Below, piece after piece: positions 1 to 8,082 of a DNA stretch of 26,805 nt. Origin of the DNA: Candidatus Micrarchaeota archaeon (lineage in GTDB: Archaea > B1Sed10-29 > JACOVT01); the NCBI GenBank assembly GCA_016177165.1, contig JACOVT010000038.1, forward strand, positions 1 to 26,805, written 5' to 3'. Under the pieces are notes generated by a model. It was not told the DNA's origin and did not search any database. It worked only from the letters and a program-made list of their open reading frames with translations. The position numbers were made by a program, and so were the translations under genes. Within the stretch, counting starts at the first letter, position 1, and each line of letters begins with the position of its first letter.

Positions 1-98
1 GTGCTAACCAGCGTTCCTGCAGGAAAGCAGCCGCCCCCTGCGCGCGCTAGTCCTGTGGCGGCAAACAGCAGTAATACCAACAGGGCGTATTTTCTCAT
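1..98 (-). CDS. 5' part of a secreted Hint/intein-like domain protein (runs off the left edge; absent from the ORF track)
   Basis: Manual translation from ATG at 98 on the minus strand gives MRKYALLVLLLFAATGLARA-GGG-CFPAGTLVS(T), with no stop before position 1. It has a basic N-region, a hydrophobic core and an A-x-A cleavage site, followed by a Hint block-A motif (CFPAGTLV). The start is 4 nt after the TAA of the upstream gene. Confidence 0.8.
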   Translation of the reverse strand, partial: MRKYALLVLLLFAATGLARAGGGCFPAGTLVS

Positions 99-102
99 TG
101 TT

Positions 103-363
103 TTACCCGTGTATTCCGGCTATTATCGCCGCGCCAATAATGATTGCTATTCCAAGCACTGCAGACCCGACCACGTGGCCGAAATACTGCGCCACGGCAA
201 CGTTGCCGCGCCTTATTTCCTTGCCTTCGTCTATGTCTGGAGTCAGCCGGTTTATTATCGCCGGCAGCGCCACTGTTGCTAGCAGCATTGCGACTGCGCC
301 AATCACTATGCCCAGCACGGTAAACGCCGTCGTGAACCCGACCGTGTCGACTATCCCTGTCAT
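103..363 (-). CDS. DUF350-like small membrane protein (86 aa)
   Basis: Two hydrophobic segments flank 'LTPDIDEGKEIRRGNVAVA', which matches the DUF350 pattern (TP..D...EI..GN.AVA). A GGGGTGA SD-like motif precedes the ATG at 363, so this start is preferred over 384. Confidence 0.7.
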   Translation of the reverse strand: MTGIVDTVGFTTAFTVLGIVIGAVAMLLATVALPAIINRLTPDIDEGKEIRRGNVAVAQYFGHVVGSAVLGIAIIIGAAIIAGIHG

Positions 364-413
364 TGAATCACCCCGGAATAACAATGAAGGCCGGTTTTTA
401 TCCCTTCTGCCTG

Positions 414-3164
414 CTAGCGGTAGCGCAGCAGCGCCCCTATCCCGCCGAAGCCTTGGAGGAACTGTTTCCCTTCAGCAGTTTCGGTAGAAATAATCTCTAT
501 GCTCGCGCCCGAAGATTCGGCGAGCTGGGTCAACTCTTCCATCAGCTCGGTGTCAGACTCCACCGACTGTTTTCCGCCGCAGTGGCAGCGGTAATCGCTA
601 TCGATTTCCTTGACCACACTCTCCACGATTTTGCCACAGTTGTTGCACTTTAACAGCAGCTTGCGCATCGCCAGCTCCTCCGAAAGCAATAGAATGTCAG
701 CCTTCCGCAACTCGAGCGCTTTGCGCGTCTCTTCCTCGCCGTAGCAGGCCAGCCCGCTCGTCACGACCTCCTTCAGGAAGCGGTTGACGAGGTCCCGCTC
801 TTTGGTTATTTCCATCTTTTCAATGACCTCATCGGCGTGCTCCACCAATTCCTTGATGCCCGTCTCATCAGTATAGCCGGTGTCGACCGTCCCGCGTATC
901 TTGTTCTTGACTTCGGTCTGGAGGTACTCGCCGTTGATGAAGTCGTACTTTGTCGGGCCCGACCCGCCCGCAATGATGGCCTTGATTTTCTTGTCGGAGA
1001 ACACACCATTGCACGCATCGCCAATTCTCTTGAAGAACTCGTGCACGGCTATCTCGTGAAGCCGCTGGAAACGCATAGCACTATTGTGAAGCATGAATCC
1101 GTTTGCCACGTATGACTCTTGCCTTGGTACGTTCAGGTCGCAGAACAGGATTCCATCGGGCTCGATTTTTTGCTTTTCCACCACATATGATGGTATCAGG
1201 TCTGAATCTAGTACTTGCCTGAGGAACAGGACAATCTCTTTGCATTCGGCTGACTTTTGCGGGTCTGTTTTTTCAAGCACGCGCTGCCAGTTCTCGAACT
1301 CCCTTAAGATGACCCGTTTGAACACCTTGCGCCCCATCGAGCGCTCGTTCCTGAAGAAATTGTTGCCAGTCCGGAACGAGCGGGTGTTGAGGCCCACCTG
1401 CCTAGCCAGCCTTAGCACGTGGCTGCCGCTCATTGGAATCTGGTCTATCCGCGAAGCCTCTTCACCCCTTCGCCTAATTTTACCAAACTTTTCGCGGCTC
1501 GTAAATCCGACAAATTTTATGAAATTGTTCAAGGAATCTTCATCGTTTATCTCAAGGCTGTATTGGAGTGAAGCGCTTTTGACTTTCCAGTTTGGCGGCG
1601 AGATCTTTTCCCTGAAGGAGGTTACGATGCCGAGCCTCAACAGCATCATCCTGAGCTGTTCCATTAGTTTCTTGCTGGTCGTGGTTATGCCTATCCTTCC
1701 AGAGCGTGATTGCACGTAACCTTCCGCGTCGAACAAGCCACGCGCAAACGCTGCAACAATGCTGTTTGGGGACCGCATTGCTGATACTGGGACTTCTGCG
1801 AGGGCGCTTGGCAGCAGGGCCTCGCCGAACTTGTCACGAATGATACCCGCGAGCTCCTTGCAGCAGATAGTTAGCTGGTAGTAGTTTTTACGCGGGTTAT
1901 GCCTTATCACCCCAACCAAGCCTAATGTTAATGCTATCCTTTTGTACTCGTCGAGAACTTCCTTGCGTTCATCATAGAGGCGGATTCTGTGTTCCTCCAC
2001 GCACCCATCGCCGATGGTGTAGCCTAGCAGCTGGGCAAACTCCTCGTCAAGGTATTCAGGCATTTTGAACGTTTTCGCATTCCTGACGTATCTCTCATGG
2101 AACAGCCCCTTGTCAATGCCGTAAATCTCCAACAGCTTGTTGATCTTTTCAAAGCCGATCTTGCCAATGCCGAGCTCGACCTTTGAAAGCGTTGCCTGCG
2201 CAATGCCGAGTTTCTTTGCCACTTCTCGTTGAAGCAGCCGCTTCTCGACGCGCTGGGTAGCCAGGTGTTTGCGTCCTTCTTCCGTTAGTTCGGGGGTCGG
2301 CAGTATTTTCAGGCCAAGAGGTATTCGTTTGCCTTCAAAGTTTATTCTCTTGACCGCCATGATGGTGTCTCCCTTGGCTAACTCGCCGGCGCTTTTCAAC
2401 CCAAGGCCGCGGCCATCCAGGCTAAAGAACCAGTGTTCAGGGGTTGCCACTATCCTGGCTGACGGGTATTTTGTCCTTATGAGGTATGCACTATCTGATT
2501 TTCTCTTGAACACTTTTGCGCATTCTGCCATTGTTGTCTGATAAGTTGACTGACTAACCGAGCAAACGCGGCCAAGGGGGGCTTTTCCAATCTGGCACAC
2601 CGCACCGTCGCCAAGCTGGATGAGGGAATCGCTTGCAATGCACTGACCGCCGACGTGGTGTTTTCCCGGTATGCCTGACGTCAGTTTTCGCAGTATGTCT
2701 ACCTTCTTGCCGTGGAGAGTGGCGACGATGGCTTCCCGCTTGTCCAACACGAACAGCCCGAACGTCTCCTTGTGTTCGATCATCTCCTCAAACGGCTTGG
2801 TGAAAAACGCGGAGTCGCACCGGTAGATCGAGAGCGGCACGGGCTCTGGAGGGACGAGCATGTACTGCTCTATCTTGCCGTTGATGCTGCCGCAATAAAT
2901 CGCAACGCCGTTCTCCGGGGGTTTGGGCACCCCCTTTATCGCTCCCATAATGCTCTCCAGCGCGGACTGCACGTTCTTGCGGGTCTGCTTGGACTTGATG
3001 TTCATCGCCTGCGACGCCTCTTCTCTCAGGCGGTTGGCCACATCGGCAACGTTGGCTCCAGGTGGAATGAGCACGCTGATCAACTCGGTTCCCTCGCCGC
3101 GGATCGACTGCAGGAAGCGCAGTTTCTTCTTGAACTCGAAGAACTCTTTCGAATCGGTCTGCAT
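414..3164 (-). CDS. prf1: Peptide chain release factor aRF1 (archaeal eRF1), intein-containing precursor (916 aa; about 396 aa after splicing)
   Basis: Motifs: GTELIS, A.NIKSKQTRKNV (NIKS), Y.CD..F, GKHHVGGQ|SAMRF (GGQS once the intein is removed), a C-terminal CxxC...CxC insert and GFGGIGALLRY. Start set at ATG 3164 (MQTDSKEFFEFKK) because 3251 would overlap the divergent pyrH. Confidence 0.95.
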   Translation of the reverse strand: MQTDSKEFFEFKKKLRFLQSIRGEGTELISVLIPPGANVADVANRLREEASQAMNIKSKQTRKNVQSALESIMGAIKGVPKPPENGVAIYCGSINGKIEQYMLVPPEPVPLSIYRCDSAFFTKPFEEMIEHKETFGLFVLDKREAIVATLHGKKVDILRKLTSGIPGKHHVGGQCIASDSLIQLGDGAVCQIGKAPLGRVCSVSQSTYQTTMAECAKVFKRKSDSAYLIRTKYPSARIVATPEHWFFSLDGRGLGLKSAGELAKGDTIMAVKRINFEGKRIPLGLKILPTPELTEEGRKHLATQRVEKRLLQREVAKKLGIAQATLSKVELGIGKIGFEKINKLLEIYGIDKGLFHERYVRNAKTFKMPEYLDEEFAQLLGYTIGDGCVEEHRIRLYDERKEVLDEYKRIALTLGLVGVIRHNPRKNYYQLTICCKELAGIIRDKFGEALLPSALAEVPVSAMRSPNSIVAAFARGLFDAEGYVQSRSGRIGITTTSKKLMEQLRMMLLRLGIVTSFREKISPPNWKVKSASLQYSLEINDEDSLNNFIKFVGFTSREKFGKIRRRGEEASRIDQIPMSGSHVLRLARQVGLNTRSFRTGNNFFRNERSMGRKVFKRVILREFENWQRVLEKTDPQKSAECKEIVLFLRQVLDSDLIPSYVVEKQKIEPDGILFCDLNVPRQESYVANGFMLHNSAMRFQRLHEIAVHEFFKRIGDACNGVFSDKKIKAIIAGGSGPTKYDFINGEYLQTEVKNKIRGTVDTGYTDETGIKELVEHADEVIEKMEITKERDLVNRFLKEVVTSGLACYGEEETRKALELRKADILLLSEELAMRKLLLKCNNCGKIVESVVKEIDSDYRCHCGGKQSVESDTELMEELTQLAESSGASIEIISTETAEGKQFLQGFGGIGALLRYR
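1083..2642 (-). mobile_element. Intein (520 aa) with LAGLIDADG homing endonuclease and XRE-type HTH, inserted between Q and S of GGQ|S
   Basis: Starts at Cys1 (TGC 2642-2640, CIASDSLI). Block B ATPEHWFF, LAGLIDADG motifs LLGYTIGDG and FARGLFDAEG, block F/G FCDLNVP...YVANGFMLHN (AAT 1085-1083), and Ser at +1. Confidence 0.95.
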
Positions 3165-3166
3165 GG

Positions 3167-3196
3167 GTTTTTTAAAGCTGGCGGAGGTTAAAAAAC
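3167..3196. promoter_or_regulatory. Back-to-back TATA elements of the divergent prf1/pyrH promoters, forming a 9-bp inverted repeat
   Basis: GTTTTTTAA (3167-3175), 12 nt, then TTAAAAAAC (3188-3196), inside a 40-bp intergenic gap. Each A/T run lies about 24-30 nt upstream of the start codon it points to. Confidence 0.6.
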
Positions 3197-3204
3197 AGGT
3201 ATAC

Positions 3205-3876
3205 ATGCGCTTGGTTCTGTCGCTGGGCGGCTCGATGGTGTTTGACGGCAAGCCGCGCGTCGACTACATACGCAAAGTCGCCTCGCTGGTCACAGGCCTC
3301 AAAGCCACCGTCGGAGTAATAGTGGGTGGCGGGACGGCCGCGCGCGACTACATAGCCGCAGCAAAGGAGTTCGGCGAGGACAACTTCGACCTCGACTGGC
3401 TGGCCACGACCGTCACTTGGGCCAACGCCCGCTTGTGCGCGCCCGCCTTCGGGGGCAGGTTCTTCTACTCCATAGAGGATGCGGGTGAGTGGCTCCTCTC
3501 TGCGCCGGGCCGCACCGCGCTGCTCGGCGGGACCCACCCAAACCAGACCACTGACACAGTGGGCGCAATGCTTTCCGAGAAGATAGGCGCTGACCGCTGG
3601 GTGAACCTTTCCAACGTGGCGGCAGTGTACGACAAGGACCCCAAGAAGTTCCGGGACGCCCGCAAGTTTTCAACAATGACCCATCAGGAACTCGTCCAGC
3701 TTGCCACGGGGCTGGACAAGCGCGGTCCGGGCGAGAACTTCATAATAGACACGCCCGCCGCGCGCGTGCTCGCCCGTTCGAACATCGAGGCCCACTTCGT
3801 CAACGGCAGCGACCTGTCACAAGTCCGGCTGGCACTGCAGGGCAAGCGCCATGATGGAACGGTTGTCAAGGGCTAG
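3205..3876 (+). CDS. pyrH: Uridylate kinase (archaeal type, 223 aa)
   Basis: MRLVLSLGGS, IVGGGTAARDYI, GGTHPNQTTD, NLSNVAAVYDKDPKKF, HDGTVV. Start at ATG 3205; the longer 2923 ORF runs antisense into prf1. Confidence 0.93.
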   Translation: MRLVLSLGGSMVFDGKPRVDYIRKVASLVTGLKATVGVIVGGGTAARDYIAAAKEFGEDNFDLDWLATTVTWANARLCAPAFGGRFFYSIEDAGEWLLSAPGRTALLGGTHPNQTTDTVGAMLSEKIGADRWVNLSNVAAVYDKDPKKFRDARKFSTMTHQELVQLATGLDKRGPGENFIIDTPAARVLARSNIEAHFVNGSDLSQVRLALQGKRHDGTVVKG

Positions 3877-6524
3877 CGTTTTTCAACGACAATTTTGTGG
3901 ATTACTTCCTTGACTATTTCTATTGCCAAGAATGCGCCAACAGCGAACGCGGCGACTTCCAGCCAGTCAACAACCGCCAGCGGGTAGGTCTCGAACAATC
4001 CCGCGAGTGGCCCAAGATAGATCACAGCAAGCTGCAGCGCTAGAGCGGTTCCGCAAGCCAGCCAGAGGCTTAGCGCCGGCTTAACCCTACCCGTCAGTAT
4101 GGTGCGGTCGCTCAGTGACGAAAACGCGTCGAACAGTTCTATCAGCACTATTGTCGTGAACGCCATCGTCTGCGCTTTTGCTATTCCTTCACTGATGTTT
4201 AAGAAAAGCGCCAAAAGCGTGAACGCCGCTATTATGACGCCTGTTGCGAGTATCAGTACCTTCATCCGCCTGTTGAGTATTGCCTGGTCGGATTTTCTGG
4301 GCGGCCGGCTCATGATTCCCTTCTCTGGAGGCTGAACGCCAAGCGCGAGTGCCGGAATGCCGTCGGTGGCGAGATTGATCCAGAGCAGTTGCAACGCAGT
4401 GAATGGAAGAGGCAACGCGAACAGCGTCGCTGCAAACATTGCCGCCACCTCTCCGGCGTTTGCAGTGAGGAGATAACGCACGAAGCGCTTTATGTTGTCG
4501 AAAATCGCCCGGCCTTCCTCCACTGCCAGCACAATAGTGGTGAAGTTGTCGTCCGCAAGCACCATGTCGCTGGCCTCTTTCGTGACGTCCGTGCCTGTTA
4601 TTCCCATCGCAATCCCTATCGAAGCCTGCTTGAGGGCGGGCGCGTCATTCACGCCATCCCCTGTGACAGCGGCCTCGAAACCCAAATCCTGCAATGACCG
4701 GACTATGCGGGACTTATGCTCTGGCGACACGCGCGCAAACACGCTCACGTGCTTCACCCTCTCTGTTAACTCGCGGTCGCTCAGCTTGTCGATGTCAACG
4801 CCGGTGAGCGCGCCAGAAGTCCTTATGCCAATTTCACGCGCGACGGCTTCTGCAGTCACCGGGTTGTCTCCAGTGATCATCATCACGCGCACTCCGGCCG
4901 CAACGCACTTGCCGACCGCATCCTTGACCTCCTTGCGGGGCGGGTCGATCATCCCCTGCAGCCCGATGAACACGAAATCGCGCTCGTCCCTCTCCCCGAA
5001 ACTCTGCGCAGCTCCCTCACTGAAGGCAAAACCCAAGACGCGCAGAGCGTCTTTCGCCATGCGGCTGTTTGCCTCAAGAATTTCGCCGCGCAGCTTTGGC
5101 GTCAGTTTTGCCATCTTCCCGCCGACAAGCGCGTAAGAGCAGTGATCCAACACCACTTCGGGGGCGCCTTTCATGTAAGCCGTCAACTGTTTTCCTTCCT
5201 TGCAGACGACAGTCATGCGTTTTCTTTCCGAAGAGAAAGGAACCTCGCCCACGATCACTCTTTGCAGGCGCGTCTCCTCCCCAAAGCCGGCCTTTGCCGC
5301 GCTTATCACCAGCGCAGCCTCGGTCGGGTCGCCCATTACTCCTTTCTCGCGCACTGACGCTCGGTTGCACACAAGCCCGCACATGAGTAATCGTTCAGCT
5401 TCTCTGGTCAAGGCAGCATTCCCACCCCCACTAGCATGTTTCACAAACCCACCAGTGGTTGAATAGCCTTCGCCAGTAACTTCCCATGACTCGCCGCCGG
5501 CATAGATGCGCTCGACCATCATTTCGCCGCGAGTGAGAGTCCCTGTCTTATCCGAGCAAATGACGCTCGTCGCGCCAAGCGTTTCCACGGCGGGCAACCG
5601 CCTCACTATTGCATTGTTGCGCGCCATCTTCCTCAATCCCAGCGCAAGGGTGATCGTGACAATAGCGGGCAGCCCTTCCGGGACGGCGGCAACAGCCAGC
5701 GCCACGCCTGTTATGAACATCTCCACTGGTGGGCGCCCCCTCAAAATGCCTGTTATGGCTACAATTGCAGTGATTATTATCACGCCAATCCCGACGGTTC
5801 GGCCGAACGAGGCAAGCTTTCTTTGCAGCGGCGTCTCGCGCTCGCCCGTCTCGCTGATCTCCTTTGCTATCTTGCCGAACTCCGTTTCCATACCTGTAGC
5901 CATGACGACAGCTTTTCCGTGGCCGAACACCACGCTCGTCCCGGCAAAGCAGCAGTTGGTCATGTCGGTGATAACCGCCTCCTTGCGCAACGCGGCAACG
6001 CTCTTCTCAACAGGCGCGCTCTCCCCGGTAAGCGAGGCCTCGTTAGTCTTCAAGGAGAAGCATTCCACGAGGCGGCAGTCGGCCGGAACCTTATCGCCCT
6101 CCTCCAGCATCACGATGTCTCCCGGAACCAGTTCAATCGAGGGGACCCTTTTCTTGGCGCCATTCCGCAGGACGGTCGCCTGCGGCGCGGCAAGCTTCTT
6201 GAGGGCCTCGAGCGCGCGCTCTGCGCGGTACTCCTGCACGAAACCCAGCAACGCGTTAAGAACTAGTATAGCGCCGATGACTGCGGCGTCCACCGCCTCG
6301 CCGATAGCCAGCGAGATGCCTGCAGCGGCAATGAGTATGTATACCAAGAAGCTCCTGAACTGGCGAATGAAAATGGAAAGCTTTGAAGGCGGCTTCTCCG
6401 CTTTCAGCTCGTTGAGCCCATAGCGCCCCAGCCTGCTTGCGGCCTCAGCATCGGTCAAGCCATTCTCGCTTGCCAGCAGCACCTTTAGCGAATCCGCTGG
6501 GCCCATCCTGTAATAGTCCGGCAC
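3873..6524 (-). CDS. P-type IIA (SERCA-like) Ca2+-transporting ATPase (883 aa)
   Basis: TGES, VPEGLP, phosphorylation motif DKTGT, KGAPE, DPPR, TGD, GDGVNDAPAL, TM5 TANAGE, TM6 INLATDG. GTG start with TTTTAAA about 22-28 nt upstream. Confidence 0.93.
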   Translation of the reverse strand: MPDYYRMGPADSLKVLLASENGLTDAEAASRLGRYGLNELKAEKPPSKLSIFIRQFRSFLVYILIAAAGISLAIGEAVDAAVIGAILVLNALLGFVQEYRAERALEALKKLAAPQATVLRNGAKKRVPSIELVPGDIVMLEEGDKVPADCRLVECFSLKTNEASLTGESAPVEKSVAALRKEAVITDMTNCCFAGTSVVFGHGKAVVMATGMETEFGKIAKEISETGERETPLQRKLASFGRTVGIGVIIITAIVAITGILRGRPPVEMFITGVALAVAAVPEGLPAIVTITLALGLRKMARNNAIVRRLPAVETLGATSVICSDKTGTLTRGEMMVERIYAGGESWEVTGEGYSTTGGFVKHASGGGNAALTREAERLLMCGLVCNRASVREKGVMGDPTEAALVISAAKAGFGEETRLQRVIVGEVPFSSERKRMTVVCKEGKQLTAYMKGAPEVVLDHCSYALVGGKMAKLTPKLRGEILEANSRMAKDALRVLGFAFSEGAAQSFGERDERDFVFIGLQGMIDPPRKEVKDAVGKCVAAGVRVMMITGDNPVTAEAVAREIGIRTSGALTGVDIDKLSDRELTERVKHVSVFARVSPEHKSRIVRSLQDLGFEAAVTGDGVNDAPALKQASIGIAMGITGTDVTKEASDMVLADDNFTTIVLAVEEGRAIFDNIKRFVRYLLTANAGEVAAMFAATLFALPLPFTALQLLWINLATDGIPALALGVQPPEKGIMSRPPRKSDQAILNRRMKVLILATGVIIAAFTLLALFLNISEGIAKAQTMAFTTIVLIELFDAFSSLSDRTILTGRVKPALSLWLACGTALALQLAVIYLGPLAGLFETYPLAVVDWLEVAAFAVGAFLAIEIVKEVIHKIVVEKR

Positions 6525-6585
6525 CCGTGACTAACTCGCGTAAGATTTAAAAGCAGTCCTTGAGTAACACCCGCGGTGACGCGTA

Positions 6586-6828
6586 GTGGGCGCATTTGAA
6601 AGCAATCTCGCATCCGCGCGACTCTCATTCATGGAAAAATACAAGTACGCCTACGAGGAAGACCTCGCATTCGTGCGGGACTTCATGGGCGCCGAAGTCA
6701 CGTTTTCGCCGGACAACAGGCGCGCCCACGTCTCATGGAACAACTACGACTTCGAGGTCGAAGTCCGCAAATCCGGAAAACTCACCACCACGCCCAGCTA
6801 CAAGCCCGGCTCGATAATCGAGATCTAG
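6586..6828 (+). CDS. Small hypothetical protein (80 aa; alternative ATG at 6631)
   Basis: Fills the gap between the ATPase and dph2, has protein-like composition, and its stop overlaps the convergent dph2 stop. No recognisable family. Confidence 0.6.
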   Translation: MGAFESNLASARLSFMEKYKYAYEEDLAFVRDFMGAEVTFSPDNRRAHVSWNNYDFEVEVRKSGKLTTTPSYKPGSIIEI

Positions 6829-7751
6829 CTCAAGAGCTCCTTTATCTCTTCCGCGAGCAGCACGGGTTTCTTGTAGTTTTTCCAGTCGTCCAGCACGATG
6901 CGCGGGCAGGCCGTTATGACGAATGCGTCGAAGGGCGCGTACTCCAGCGCCTGCGGAATAATGTCGTTTAGCTCGAGCAGCGTCGCCTTTCTTCCTTTCT
7001 CTTCCAGCCATCTCTTTGCGTTGTCCGCCGCGTGCACGTTCCGCTGTCCTTTCTTTGAACAAAGAACTATCCCCCAGCTGCGCGCGTCGCTTGCTTTGCT
7101 GATTCGCAGCCATTTTTCCTTCTCCCAGATTCCGGAGGCAAATTCTTGCGCCTTGTAATCATCATTAGGGTTCACCTGAACCACGCGCTTGCCGGTTTTC
7201 TCGGCAACGCCTATCGGGTGAAACCTCCCAGAACCCACATAGATAAACTCTTGCGCTTTCTTGCAGTTGGTTGCTGCGAAGAAGTCGCAACCCAGCACCT
7301 GCCCGTCGTAATACGTGTAGTGCCCGCGCTTGCCAACCTCTACGGCAAAGCCGCGCTTCTCCAACTCTTGCTTGAGCTTTGGAAGAACGTTCAGGAACTG
7401 TATCGTGGTAACAAGGCCAACATTCTTTGCCCGCAGCTTGTGCTCGGCCGAGTCTGCGATCCGGCCCGCGTCCGCTTCCTGCCGCAGCTCCACGTAAACT
7501 GTTTTTGGTTCCTTCCTAGCATAAGGCGCGTGCGCATAATGGAGAGTTGCGTCGTACCCGCCACGCAGCACGTCACAGGCGCCGAAGCAGCGCTCTAGCG
7601 AGATAACGGCGCGGAAGCCGGCTTTCTCCAGCTCGCCCGCAATCTGCGGCCCGAACTGCTTCAAGCCTTCCGGCAGCTGTACCATGCAGCTTTTCGCCCC
7701 CATCGCAGTGAGCTCGCGCTTCACGCGGTCGAGCTCAAAATCGTACCCCAT
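6825..7751 (-). CDS. dph2: Diphthamide biosynthesis radical-SAM enzyme Dph2 (308 aa)
   Basis: QLPEGLK, CFGACD, HYAH, LVTTIQF, GQVLGCD, GSGRFHP, KKGQ, ITACPRI. All three 4Fe-4S cysteines are present. Start set at ATG 7751. Confidence 0.93.
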   Translation of the reverse strand: MGYDFELDRVKRELTAMGAKSCMVQLPEGLKQFGPQIAGELEKAGFRAVISLERCFGACDVLRGGYDATLHYAHAPYARKEPKTVYVELRQEADAGRIADSAEHKLRAKNVGLVTTIQFLNVLPKLKQELEKRGFAVEVGKRGHYTYYDGQVLGCDFFAATNCKKAQEFIYVGSGRFHPIGVAEKTGKRVVQVNPNDDYKAQEFASGIWEKEKWLRISKASDARSWGIVLCSKKGQRNVHAADNAKRWLEEKGRKATLLELNDIIPQALEYAPFDAFVITACPRIVLDDWKNYKKPVLLAEEIKELLS

Positions 7752-7755
7752 AAAC

Positions 7756-8049
7756 TCATTTCCTTTTCCTTTCTTCTTTCTCAATTGATCTCATCAGCGT
7801 TCTCCAGCGAATGGCCGACCCCCCATAAGGGGCGCCGAGATGGGTTATTACTGGAATGCGGCGCGCGGCTAGCATTGCCCGCTTGGCTGCCGCCTTGTCT
7901 GCCGCAGACTTGTAGCCCAGCATGACGAGCAGGCGGTGCCTCATCCTGCGCCTCTCTTCTTGACGCCTTGCCCTTATTTTGGCGCGCGCAAGCAGTTCAG
8001 TGTGGGAGTATGCTCTTATTTTCTTTTTCCTGCGCGGCATGGCACCCAT
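7756..8049 (-). CDS. Small Arg/Lys-rich hypothetical protein (97 aa)
   Basis: Co-directional with dph2 and ends 4 nt before its ATG. TTTTAA lies at 8078-8073, about 24 nt upstream of the ATG. Confidence 0.6.
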   Translation of the reverse strand: MGAMPRRKKKIRAYSHTELLARAKIRARRQEERRRMRHRLLVMLGYKSAADKAAAKRAMLAARRIPVITHLGAPYGGSAIRWRTLMRSIEKEERKRK

Positions 8050-8082
8050 AAATCATTTGCGGCGCGCGGGGCTTAAAAGCCC

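Noticed and set aside
2923-3251. Longer ORF-track starts for pyrH (2923) and prf1 (3251)
   Set aside because: They overlap each other antisense. Homology begins at 3205 and 3164, and TATA-like elements sit in the 40-bp gap.
4099-6423. Several long plus-strand ORFs (214, 305, 147 aa)
   Set aside because: Antisense shadows of the P-type ATPase in GC-rich DNA.
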